DNA of 64,000 nucleotides from Armatimonadota bacterium (GTDB taxonomy: Bacteria; Armatimonadota; SYMT01): assembly GCA_041690135.1 (NCBI GenBank), contig JAWLHY010000002.1, forward strand, positions 1 through 64,000, given 5' to 3'. The position numbers were made by a program, and so were the translations under genes. Position 1 is the stretch's first letter. The number at the start of each line of letters is the position of its first letter. A model generated the notes under the pieces. The model was not told the origin of the DNA, searched no databases, and saw only the letters and a list, made by a program, of their open reading frames with translations. Positions 1 to 7,733 of the stretch are shown one piece after another.

Positions 1-291
1 GCGGTTGCCGCCTTTGAGGAGGGCGGCATAGGAATCGAGGCGGAGACCGCCGAGCTGGCGCTTATCGTCGTGGCAGGTCTGGCAGCGGTCGGCGAGGAGC
101 GGCCGGATGCTGGTTTCGAAGAACTTCGCCTGCTCCGCCGTCGGCTGGGGCGCCGCCGCCGGCTTCGCGTCCGCCGCCGGGGCCGGGGAGGGGAGCATGG
201 CCGCCCACACGCCGAGTACTCCGGCCGTACCGGCCACGACCGCCAGGGAAACCGGGCCTCGGACTTTCATTCGCTGCTTCACCGCTGACAT
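1..291 (-). CDS. N-terminal part of a planctomycete-type cytochrome c domain protein (probably DUF1549/DUF1553 family); runs off the window edge
   Basis: Manual translation from ATG 291: MSAVKQRMKVRGPVSLAVVAG...KFFETSIRPLLADRCQTCHDDKRQLGGLRLDS; signal-like N-terminus, CxxCH heme motif, GGLRLD motif. Not in the ORF track. Confidence 0.85.
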   Translation of the reverse strand, partial: MSAVKQRMKVRGPVSLAVVAGTAGVLGVWAAMLPSPAPAADAKPAAAPQPTAEQAKFFETSIRPLLADRCQTCHDDKRQLGGLRLDSYAALLKGGNR

Positions 292-320
292 AGACCCCCG
301 TTTGATGCGAAATCACCAGT

Positions 321-1025
321 CTAAGTAAGAGTGCGGGAAGGCAGCCGGGTTTCGACTACCTCGCCATCGATCTTTTCCACCCGGTAGGCGCCCGCCTCTT
401 CGCGGGCGGTGACGACCTCCCGCAGTTCGGTCCCGACGAAGTGGATGGCGGCATCGTCATCGATGGCATACCCGGCCGGGAACCCCTCGCCGATGAGGCG
501 GTGGTAGAGTGGCCGCCGCTGGGCCTCGCCATCGTAATGGGGGCAGTGGCTGCCCGGCAGGAATCCGAGGCCGTCGCGGAGCGGCGCCAGTTCATGGAGA
601 TTGAACGAGTCCGTGGTGCCGCCCTCAAACCAGCAGAGGGAGCCGGCACTCCCGCCGGTGAGCACGATTCCCGCCTCCCACGCCTCCCGCAGCACGGAGT
701 CCACGCCGTGCACCCGCCAGATCGCCAGCATGTTCGCGGTGTTGCCCCCGGCCACCCAGATGAGGTCCTGCTTCAGCAGGTAGTCGCGGATATCGGTGAC
801 GGTGCGGTGGAAGAGCGCCAGGTGCGAGCGCTCGCAGCGTTCCGGTGGGAGACGCGAGTACATGTTGACCAGCGCCTCCGCGGAATCGCCCGTGGCCGTG
901 GGGATGAACGCCACCCGCGGGCGGGGCTTGCCGGTGAGGTCGAGCAGATAGTCGACCAGCGGGTGAGTCCGGCCGGGAATCGGGCGCATACCGCCAAACG
1001 GAACGATGTGTCTTGGGGTGCTCAT
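321..1025 (-). CDS. Peptidase E (S51 family, type 1 glutamine amidotransferase-like)
   Basis: FIPTA, GGNT, GGSAG nucleophile motif, CPHY; start taken at MSTPRH (1025). Confidence 0.9.
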   Translation of the reverse strand: MSTPRHIVPFGGMRPIPGRTHPLVDYLLDLTGKPRPRVAFIPTATGDSAEALVNMYSRLPPERCERSHLALFHRTVTDIRDYLLKQDLIWVAGGNTANMLAIWRVHGVDSVLREAWEAGIVLTGGSAGSLCWFEGGTTDSFNLHELAPLRDGLGFLPGSHCPHYDGEAQRRPLYHRLIGEGFPAGYAIDDDAAIHFVGTELREVVTAREEAGAYRVEKIDGEVVETRLPSRTLT

Positions 1026-1308
1026 CAGTAACTTGCTGAGACACTCGGGGGTGGGGGACGTTTGCTGAGTTTGCGAGACGCGGGGCGTCATCCATGAACC
1101 GTATTGCGCGGAAGGCGGAGATTGCAAAGGACGCGAGGGACTTGGAGAAAGTTGAGATTGAGAAAGGTCAGATCGGAGAGGGCAACCAAAGGGAGCTTGG
1201 CACTCCTGCCAGAGAACGGTGCTCGACGGTAACCTCCTTCAATCGCCTGCGGGTCAACCCCCTCAAACCGAGCTGGGAATCCTGAAGTCCATCGGGAGTG
1301 AATGATAG

Positions 1309-1836
1309 ATGAGCCGTAAACTTCGTCCGGAACTGACGTCTCCCCCAATTCCGGAGGGGTATCTTCATGCACTTCAGGTGCGGATAGAAGCGATTGAGAA
1401 CGCGCTCGAGACGGCCGGTCACGCCCCGGAGTTGATCCAGGAATTTAACCAGCTCACCGGTCGTGACTTCGACGAGGACACCTTTCGAAACTACTGGAAG
1501 GGTGTCGACCTGGATGATTTCGCGAAGCAGGCGGCCCGGCCCAAGCCGAAGGCGTGTCCGGACGTGACCCGAGAGGAGTTGATCGAAGTCGTGCGGCGTG
1601 CGATGCCCACCTCAGGGGATGAGGACTACGAGTACTACATGGAGATTTTTGACGCTAACGTAGCCATGCCAGACGCGTCGAACCTGATCTTCTATCCGGC
1701 TGAACACGACCTGGATGGGGAGTCGATCGGTGACTACGATCCCACGCCGGAAGAGATCGTGGATCAGGCACTCAGCTATCAGATGCTCGCACTACCATCC
1801 CCGGATGGCGGCATTGGCGGCGAAAGAGAGGGGTAG
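1309..1836 (+). CDS. Bacteriocin (colicin E/pyocin-type) immunity domain protein
   Basis: C-terminal TREELIEVVRR...PDASNLIFYP...PTPEEIVDQAL resembles the Im7/Im9-type immunity helices. Confidence 0.6.
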   Translation: MSRKLRPELTSPPIPEGYLHALQVRIEAIENALETAGHAPELIQEFNQLTGRDFDEDTFRNYWKGVDLDDFAKQAARPKPKACPDVTREELIEVVRRAMPTSGDEDYEYYMEIFDANVAMPDASNLIFYPAEHDLDGESIGDYDPTPEEIVDQALSYQMLALPSPDGGIGGEREG

Positions 1837-1837
1837 G

Positions 1838-3076
1838 ATGTCGCGCACACGTCGGGATTTGCTGCGAGGAGCGCTGGGCGCGGCCACCGGGCTGGCGGTC
1901 CGCGGGAGCTGGGCGGAGGACCTGCCCCCGGTGCGGGCGATCACCCGCGGGCCGAAAAACCACTGGTTCGGCTATTACGACAAGCTGGAGTTCGACCCGA
2001 CTGGCCGGTACGTGTTGGGGATGGAAGTCGATTTCGAGCACCGGTCGCCCCGGCCGGAAGACCGCATCCGCGTGGGGATGGTCGATCTCCAGGAGCGGGA
2101 CCGCTGGATCGAGCTGGGCTCCAGCACCGCCTGGTGCTGGCAGCAGGGGTGTATGCTGCAGTGGGTCCCCGGATCCCGCACGCAGGTGATCTGGAACGAC
2201 CGCGAGGCGGGGAACTACGTCAGCCGCCTGCTGGACGTGAAGACGCGCCAGGTGAAGACCCTCTCAACCCCGATTTACGCGCTGTCGCCGGACGGCCGCA
2301 CCGCCGTCTCCCTCGACTTCCGGCGCCTGGGGGAGCTGCGGCCCGGCTACGGCTACAACGGCATCCCCGACCCCCACGCGGCCGACCCGCGTCCGAAGGA
2401 GACCGGCATCTTCCGGGTGAACCTGGAGAGCGGCCGGAGCGAGCTGATCCTCCCGATAGCGGAAGTGGCGGCGTTCGGACCCCAACTGCCCAGCATGCGG
2501 GGCGCCACGCACTACTTCAACCACCTATTGTTCAACCCGGACGGGTCGCGGTTCGTCTTCCTGCACCGGTGGCGGATGCCGAACGGCGCGCGGCAGACGC
2601 GGATGCTCACGGCTCGTCCCGACGGCAGCGGCCTGCGGGTGGTGGATGCGAACGGCCTCACTTCCCACTTCATCTGGCGCGACCCGGAGCGGATCCTGGC
2701 CTGGTCGGAGCAGCCGTCCCACGGCAAAGCATTCTACCTGTTTGAGGACCGCGACGGTGGCCGGGCAGAGGTGGTCGGCAAAGACGTAATGACCCAGGAC
2801 GGCCACTGCAACTACCTGCCGGGCGGGGAGTGGGTGCTGAACGATACCTACCCGGACCGGGAGCGCCGCCAGAACGTGTGCCTGTACCATCCGAAATTCG
2901 GCCGGCGGATCCCCCTGGGAGAGTTCCTCTCACCCCGGGAGTACACCGGGGAATGGCGCTGCGATACGCACCCGCGCGTCAGCCCAGATGGCCGGTACGT
3001 GGTGATCGATTCGCCGCACTCCGGAGAAGGCCGCCAACTCCACCTGATCGACCTGCGCGGCCTGGCCGCACGGTAG
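1838..3076 (+). CDS. Tat-exported beta-propeller protein (TolB/oligogalacturonate-lyase-like)
   Basis: MSRTRRDLLR Tat motif; HWFGYYD, WCWQQG, NHLLFNPDG, RCDTHPRVSPDG motifs. Confidence 0.8.
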   Translation: MSRTRRDLLRGALGAATGLAVRGSWAEDLPPVRAITRGPKNHWFGYYDKLEFDPTGRYVLGMEVDFEHRSPRPEDRIRVGMVDLQERDRWIELGSSTAWCWQQGCMLQWVPGSRTQVIWNDREAGNYVSRLLDVKTRQVKTLSTPIYALSPDGRTAVSLDFRRLGELRPGYGYNGIPDPHAADPRPKETGIFRVNLESGRSELILPIAEVAAFGPQLPSMRGATHYFNHLLFNPDGSRFVFLHRWRMPNGARQTRMLTARPDGSGLRVVDANGLTSHFIWRDPERILAWSEQPSHGKAFYLFEDRDGGRAEVVGKDVMTQDGHCNYLPGGEWVLNDTYPDRERRQNVCLYHPKFGRRIPLGEFLSPREYTGEWRCDTHPRVSPDGRYVVIDSPHSGEGRQLHLIDLRGLAAR

Positions 3077-3382
3077 GAATCTTCACCACTGAGGCACGGA
3101 GACACCGAGGGATCACGGAGAGGGAATGGGAGTAAGTGGGCCCGGAAGGTAGCAGAGGGGCTTGTCCCCGTCGGTCACGGTACGCGCTCCTTGCCAACCG
3201 CACGCCTTCCGGTCACGGCCAACCCGTCATGGGGACGGCACGTACCGATCACTGACCGTACACTCCCGCGATTACGGCGCGACTCGTTCAGGTAAAGGTA
3301 GGTGGGTGAGGGTCCTCACGCAACATGGCCGGCACGCCCAATTAACCGAGATCTCGCTATGCCTTTGTTCCACCGGATGAAG

Positions 3383-3435
3383 CTCTTCACGACCCAGGGA
3401 GCACGCCAATCGGGGCGTGCTCCCGTCGTGAGGAG
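3383..3435 (+). promoter_or_regulatory. Long hairpin sequestering the Shine-Dalgarno of the downstream small ORF
   Basis: CTCTTCACGAC/GTCGTGAGGAG and GGGAGCACGCC/GGCGTGCTCCC stems; GAGGAG is paired; ATG at 3441. Confidence 0.5.
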
Positions 3436-3440
3436 ACAGC

Positions 3441-3686
3441 ATGAAATCGAGCCGACGAGCGTTGCGCCGCCACCACCGGCAGCGGATGCTAAAACGCGCC
3501 TTGAGAAGCGTGGTGCTTTCCTGGCCGGAGGATGAAAATAGCCGGAGTCAGCGGGCGGTGCGCTGGCGCGACAACCTGAAGAAGTGTTCCTGCTGGATGT
3601 GCGGCAATCCCCGGAAGTTTACAGGCCATTCGACCCGGAAGGAGAAGTGCGACCTCCAGGCCGCTTTGGATGAACGGGGCTCATAG
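3441..3686 (+). CDS. Small basic protein with CSCWMCGNPR motif
   Basis: Strong SD (GAGGAG), Arg-rich N-terminus, CxCxxC motif. Confidence 0.7.
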   Translation: MKSSRRALRRHHRQRMLKRALRSVVLSWPEDENSRSQRAVRWRDNLKKCSCWMCGNPRKFTGHSTRKEKCDLQAALDERGS

Positions 3687-3747
3687 TAGTGGGCTTACGG
3701 AGATTGACAAACAAAGCGCATCTCTGCTTACCCTTCGGCCGGTTCCC

Positions 3748-3797
3748 AGTCCGCGCAGGCGGACTTTGGTCAGTCAGCCCCGGATTTGAATCCGGGG
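3748..3797 (+). repeat. REP-like double-hairpin repeat, dispersed copy
   Basis: AGTCCGC-GCAG-GCGGACT-ttggtcagtcag-CCCCGGATT-TG-AATCCGGGG; differs from the 55062 copy at one loop base. Confidence 0.9.
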
Positions 3798-3846
3798 AGG
3801 TGTGGCGGCCGCGCCGGGCACCGGTTCCTCAAGTGCGCAGCTTTGT

Positions 3847-4587
3847 TCAGCCTCTCCCCATCACGAGCAGGAACACGTCGTAAAGCGCGTGGGTCCAGGC
3901 GGCCACGGCAAACCCGCGCGCCGCGAAGAGCCCGGCCAGGACCATACCGGCCACGAAGCGGAAGGTGAAGCTGTCCAGCCGGAACGGGTCGCCCAGCGGG
4001 CCGATGTAGTGGAAGGCGGAAAAGATGAAGGAAGCGGCCAGCACGGAAACCGCCACCGCCGGACCAGGTTTCCAGCCGAGCTTCCGCAGGAACCAGAGGA
4101 GACCGCCGGTAAGCAGCAGCCGGAACACCAGCTCCTCGTAGAGGCCGGCGCCCAGGCTCACGGCCAGCTTCTGAAGCGGCGTGATGCCCGGCCCGCCCAT
4201 CTGCAACCGCAGCGGTATGGGCAGGATCAACGAGACGAGAAACACCACCACGCTGCCGAACAGCAGGGCATAGACCGTGCTTTCCAGCAGCATCGGCACG
4301 AAGTAACCCCGGCGCACGGGGGACTTGCGGTGGGCCGCGTCCGCGCGGTAGGCCGCCACACCGAAGATCGTGGTCAGAACCAGTCCCGTCGCCAGCCAGC
4401 CTCCCAGGCCCAGGGCGGCAAGGAACGGCGCCAGCAGTCCCTGGAGGAGACCGTCCGCTCCGTTGACCACCGCCTGCGAGCGTCCCAGGTTCGCCGCCAC
4501 CGTGGTGAGGTGGTACAGCAATAGCAGCGGCAGGGTAAACAGGAAGCTCGGCCAGGGCGAGCGGGTGTAGTCGAGGTAGTGCTTCAT
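3847..4587 (-). CDS. CPBP-family (CAAX/Abi) intramembrane glutamic endopeptidase
   Basis: GLYEELVFR (EExxFR), FSAFH and HALYD motifs; multiple TM segments; start MKHYLDY. Confidence 0.9.
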   Translation of the reverse strand: MKHYLDYTRSPWPSFLFTLPLLLLYHLTTVAANLGRSQAVVNGADGLLQGLLAPFLAALGLGGWLATGLVLTTIFGVAAYRADAAHRKSPVRRGYFVPMLLESTVYALLFGSVVVFLVSLILPIPLRLQMGGPGITPLQKLAVSLGAGLYEELVFRLLLTGGLLWFLRKLGWKPGPAVAVSVLAASFIFSAFHYIGPLGDPFRLDSFTFRFVAGMVLAGLFAARGFAVAAWTHALYDVFLLVMGRG

Positions 4588-4754
4588 GGCGGGACCTTTC
4601 TGAACCCGGTAATATGAACGGTACCGGGATGCGAAGGTTGCGTCAACATGCCCCCAGATGCACACCGGCACGGGGACGCGGCATAGAGGGAGCAAACGTT
4701 CGCAGGCACCGGGTCGGCGGCGGTCCCCTCCATGGTTGCAGGCACGGAGCGTGC

Positions 4755-4784
4755 TTGACACCCTCTCTCGCGCGTGCTTATAAT
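4755..4784 (+). promoter_or_regulatory. Sigma70-type promoter for sigH
   Basis: TTGACA-N18-TATAAT, both hexamers consensus. Confidence 0.75.
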
Positions 4785-4852
4785 GGGCGCGTTCGCAAAC
4801 GGACACGCTGACAACTGAATACCGGTAGGGAACGTGTGCGGAGGCGTAGTGA

Positions 4853-5491
4853 ATGTCTGTCCGGACTGGTGGATGGTCTGGCTGGCGCCTGGGGAGCCTC
4901 TCGGACGAAGAGGTTCTGTCACTCGCGCAAAGCGGGAACAGGCTGGCAGTCGAGCACATTCTCGCGCGTTACCGGGGAATGGTAGAGGGCAAGGCGCGGT
5001 CATATTTCCTCTTCGGGGGAGATCACGACGACGTTGTCCAGGAAGGAATGATCGGCCTGTATAAGGCGATCCGGGACTTCCAGGGGGAGCGTCTCGTCCG
5101 CTTCCGAGCCTTCGCCGAGGTGTGTATCACCCGGCAGATCATCTCCGCGGTGAAGTCGGCCAACCGGCGCAAGCATCTCCCGCTCAACCGCTACATTTCC
5201 CTGCATCGCCCCTCCGACGAGGACGACGGCCTGCTGCTCGACGTGCTGGCCGATACCCGCGGCGACGAGCCGGAAACGGCCCTGATGCAGCGGCGCCTCG
5301 CGGATTACCTGGAGCGGTTCGGTTGCACCGAACTCAGCGAGTTGGAGAAACAGGTGATCCAGGGAAGGCTGGAAGGGCGGTCCTACCGGCAGGTGGCGGA
5401 CGAGCTGCACTGCAGCTTCAAGCGCGTGGACAACGCGCTGCAGCGGGCCCGGAAAAAAATCCTGAATCGGATTGAAAACTGGCAGGACTAG
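4853..5491 (+). CDS. sigH: RNA polymerase sigma factor, SigH-like
   Basis: KARSYFLFGGDHDDVVQEGMIGLYKAIRDF, FAEVCITRQIISAVK and VDNALQRARKK closely match Bacillus SigH; syntenic upstream of rpmG. Confidence 0.9.
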   Translation: MSVRTGGWSGWRLGSLSDEEVLSLAQSGNRLAVEHILARYRGMVEGKARSYFLFGGDHDDVVQEGMIGLYKAIRDFQGERLVRFRAFAEVCITRQIISAVKSANRRKHLPLNRYISLHRPSDEDDGLLLDVLADTRGDEPETALMQRRLADYLERFGCTELSELEKQVIQGRLEGRSYRQVADELHCSFKRVDNALQRARKKILNRIENWQD

Positions 5492-5501
5492 GGGTTACAA
5501 T
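5472..5501 (+). promoter_or_regulatory. Sigma70-type promoter for the tRNA cluster
   Basis: TTGAAA-N18-TACAAT overlapping the sigH 3' end. Confidence 0.55.
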
Positions 5502-5555
5502 AGGGGGCGCACTCTTCCGGAGTTCCCCAGTCCCCAAAGGACCAGGAGCCGGCGC

Positions 5556-5627
5556 GCCGGTGTAGCTCAATGGTAGAGCGCCTGTTTTGTAAACAGATGG
5601 TTGCGGGTTCGATTCCTGTCACCGGCT
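5556..5627 (+). tRNA. tRNA-Thr(TGT)
   Basis: GCCGGTG/CACCGGC acceptor stem, anticodon loop TT-TGT-AA, GGTTCGATTCC T-arm; CCA not encoded. Confidence 0.95.
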
Positions 5628-5675
5628 CTGCAGCACCGGCCTGAGTCCGGATACTGCGAATTGACAATTAAACAT

Positions 5676-5756
5676 GGGCAGGTTCCCGAGTGGCCAAAGG
5701 GAGCGGTCTGTAAAATCGCTGCGTAAGCTTCAGAAGTTCGAATCTTCTCCTGCCCA
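5676..5756 (+). tRNA. tRNA-Tyr(GTA)
   Basis: GGGCAGG/CCTGCCC acceptor stem, CT-GTA-AA loop, long variable arm, TTCGAAT T-loop; no CCA. Confidence 0.95.
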
Positions 5757-5813
5757 TCCCAAGAGGGATTATCTGATCTTTAAGGTTTTCACCTTTTATG
5801 AAAGATATCCCGC

Positions 5814-5842
5814 TTGACAGATGTGAAACGGCGAGCTAGACT
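5814..5842 (+). promoter_or_regulatory. Sigma70-type promoter for tRNA-Thr(GGT)-rpmG-tRNA-Trp
   Basis: TTGACA-N17-TAGACT, 12 nt before the tRNA. Confidence 0.7.
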
Positions 5843-5854
5843 CACGCTTCACGG

Positions 5855-5926
5855 GCCTCCCTAGCGCAGTGGTAGCGCACGTTCTTGGTAAGAACGGGGT
5901 CATGGGTTCGAGTCCCATGGGAGGCT
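5855..5926 (+). tRNA. tRNA-Thr(GGT)
   Basis: GCCTCCC/GGGAGGC acceptor stem, CGTTC-TT-GGT-AA-GAACG anticodon arm; no CCA. Confidence 0.95.
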
Positions 5927-5958
5927 TTGCCGAGAGGCATTCCCGCGTAGGTAAAACC

Positions 5959-6120
5959 ATGGCAAAAGACGATCGCATCATTATCGGTATGGCGTGCAGC
6001 GACTGCAAAGAGCGCAACTACCATACCAGCAAGAACAAGAAGAACGACACGCAGCGTCTGGAGTTGCGGAAGTTTTGTCCGCGCTGTCGCAAGCACACGC
6101 AGCACCGCGAGACGAAGTAA
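5959..6120 (+). CDS. rpmG: 50S ribosomal protein L33 (Zn-binding, two CxxC)
   Basis: [29 protein letters not shown]...[20 protein letters not shown]. Confidence 0.97.
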   Translation: MAKDDRIIIGMACSDCKERNYHTSKNKKNDTQRLELRKFCPRCRKHTQHRETK

Positions 6121-6179
6121 GGCCGCTCCGGCCCTGCCGGTGACCAGGAGACGGTGAGCCCACCAGAGCCCGCCGCCGA

Positions 6180-6252
6180 AGGGGTGTAGCTCAGTTGGTA
6201 GAGCAGCGGTCTCCAAAACCGCAGGCCGCAGGTTCGAGTCCTGTCGCCCCTG
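6180..6252 (+). tRNA. tRNA-Trp(CCA)
   Basis: AGGGGTG/CGCCCCT acceptor stem, GCGGT-CT-CCA-AA-ACCGC anticodon arm; no CCA end. Confidence 0.95.
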
Positions 6253-6257
6253 CTTGA

Positions 6258-6288
6258 AATCCCCGCACGCAAGTGCCGGGGATTTTTT
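6258..6288 (+). terminator. Intrinsic terminator after tRNA-Trp
   Basis: AATCCCCGCAC-GCAA-GTGCCGGGGATT followed by a T run. Confidence 0.8.
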
Positions 6289-6359
6289 GCTTTGATGGCC
6301 GCCGGTTTGGAACGGCTCCCGCGAACCAGCCGTCACCGCGACGTAGACGGCTTCATCGG

Positions 6360-7721
6360 TCACTTCACCGTGATCTGCTTCTCCGCGGTGATCTTGCCGG
6401 CGAGAGGACCGGAGTCGAAGACGGCGCGGAGCGTATAGAGACCGGGCTTTCCATTCGTGGGCACTCGCACGGAGGCCGAGCAGAAGCGCCCTCAAGCAAA
6501 GCCGCTGTGTGCCTCTCCTACCGCCTTACCGTCCGGGTCCAGGAGCGTGATCAGCGCGAAGTCTTCCGGCGAGTCGAATTCTCCCTGGCCCGCCCGGCGG
6601 ACGTTGGTCAGCTCGAGGCCCAGGTCGGAGCGGCCGGACAACTGGATCTTCAACTCCTCGCCGGGACCGATCTTTCCGGGAGCTTCGATCCCGAGCGTCA
6701 GGCCGCGGTAGAGGGAAAGCTCCGGCGTGGCATCCGGCGCGATCGCCAGGGGAAAGCTTCGCGCCTCTCTCCCTTCCAGGTAGCGGGAGAAACTGTAGCT
6801 CCACGCGCCGCCGGGCTTCTTATCCGGAGAGACGCGGAGCGTGAGGCTGGTCAGGGCATATCTTCCCGCGGGTAGCTCCAACTCCTGGGTCGGGCTCTCG
6901 GCGCGGATGATATCGTCGGCGAGGGAGAGGAGGGTGCCGTCCACCCCCACGACCCGCCCGGCCAGCTCCGGGGCAAATGCCAGCCGCCGCCGGACCACCC
7001 CTCGCTCGATCCGGCTGTACTGGGCGCTCCCACCGCGGTCGGCCGCCTGGAAGGAAAAGCGGTACAGCTCGCTGCCGATCCGGAGTACCGGCGCGCAGGG
7101 AAACTGCTCGGTCACCGGGTCGAGCGTGCCGCTGCCGTCCCGGTCGATCCAGATCAGGTCGCCTTTCTCCTCGCCATACTTCCCGTTCGCATTCCCGTCC
7201 ACGAGGAACGCCGGCCGCGGTTTGCCCTCCACGGTCACCTCGCCCCGGAGGAAGCCGCGCCAGGCCCAGAAGAGGACGTTCGGAGCACGGCAGGCCCAGA
7301 CGACCGCGGTCTTGCCGTTCAGGGTGGCCACGGCGGATAGATCATCTTCGCAGGCGGGCCAGCGGACCACTCCCTTCTGCAGGAGGATCCCCTCCCCGGA
7401 GGTGAGCCGCTGATCGCCGTTGCCATCCAGGTAGACCCGCAGCGTACCGTCCGGCAGGCGTACCTGAGCGACGCCCGCACCCTGGATGCTGCCGTAGAGG
7501 ATGGAAGCCCCTTCCGGAGCAGCCGCTTCCAGCTTTGCGGAGGGCCGGGCAATCAGATAGAGGGGTCGCGGCGCGACGAGCGTCTGGCCGCCCCAGCCCG
7601 GGTCTTCGACCGGTTGGAATGGGACCGGCACCGGATCGGCCGGAGGGGTACTGTCCGCCGGTGCTGCGCCTGCCGCGAGCAGGAGACCGGCCGTGGCTGC
7701 GAGCACGTGGGTGTTTCTCAT
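6360..7721 (-). CDS. Secreted protein, candidate selenoprotein (in-frame TGA at 6492-6494; 453 aa if read through, 409 aa otherwise)
   Basis: Signal peptide; DxDxDG-type Ca-binding loops (DGNGDQ, DGNANG, DRDGSG); after ...GEAHSGFA-TGA the frame continues GRFCSASVRVPTNGKPGLYTLRAVFDSGPLAGKITAEKQITVK-stop. Confidence 0.7.
6459..6491 (-). promoter_or_regulatory. SECIS-like hairpin immediately 3' of the in-frame UGA
   Basis: GGGCGCU...AGUGCCC 7-bp lower stem; upper GC-U-CG[GCCUC]CG-U-GC with a G-first loop about 16 nt from the UGA. Confidence 0.5.
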
Positions 7722-7733
7722 GGGGGTCTCCTC

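Noticed and set aside
5842-6495. 217-aa minus-strand ORF starting at the TGA junction
   Set aside because: It runs antisense across tRNA-Trp, rpmG and tRNA-Thr, and is in a different frame from the proposed read-through.
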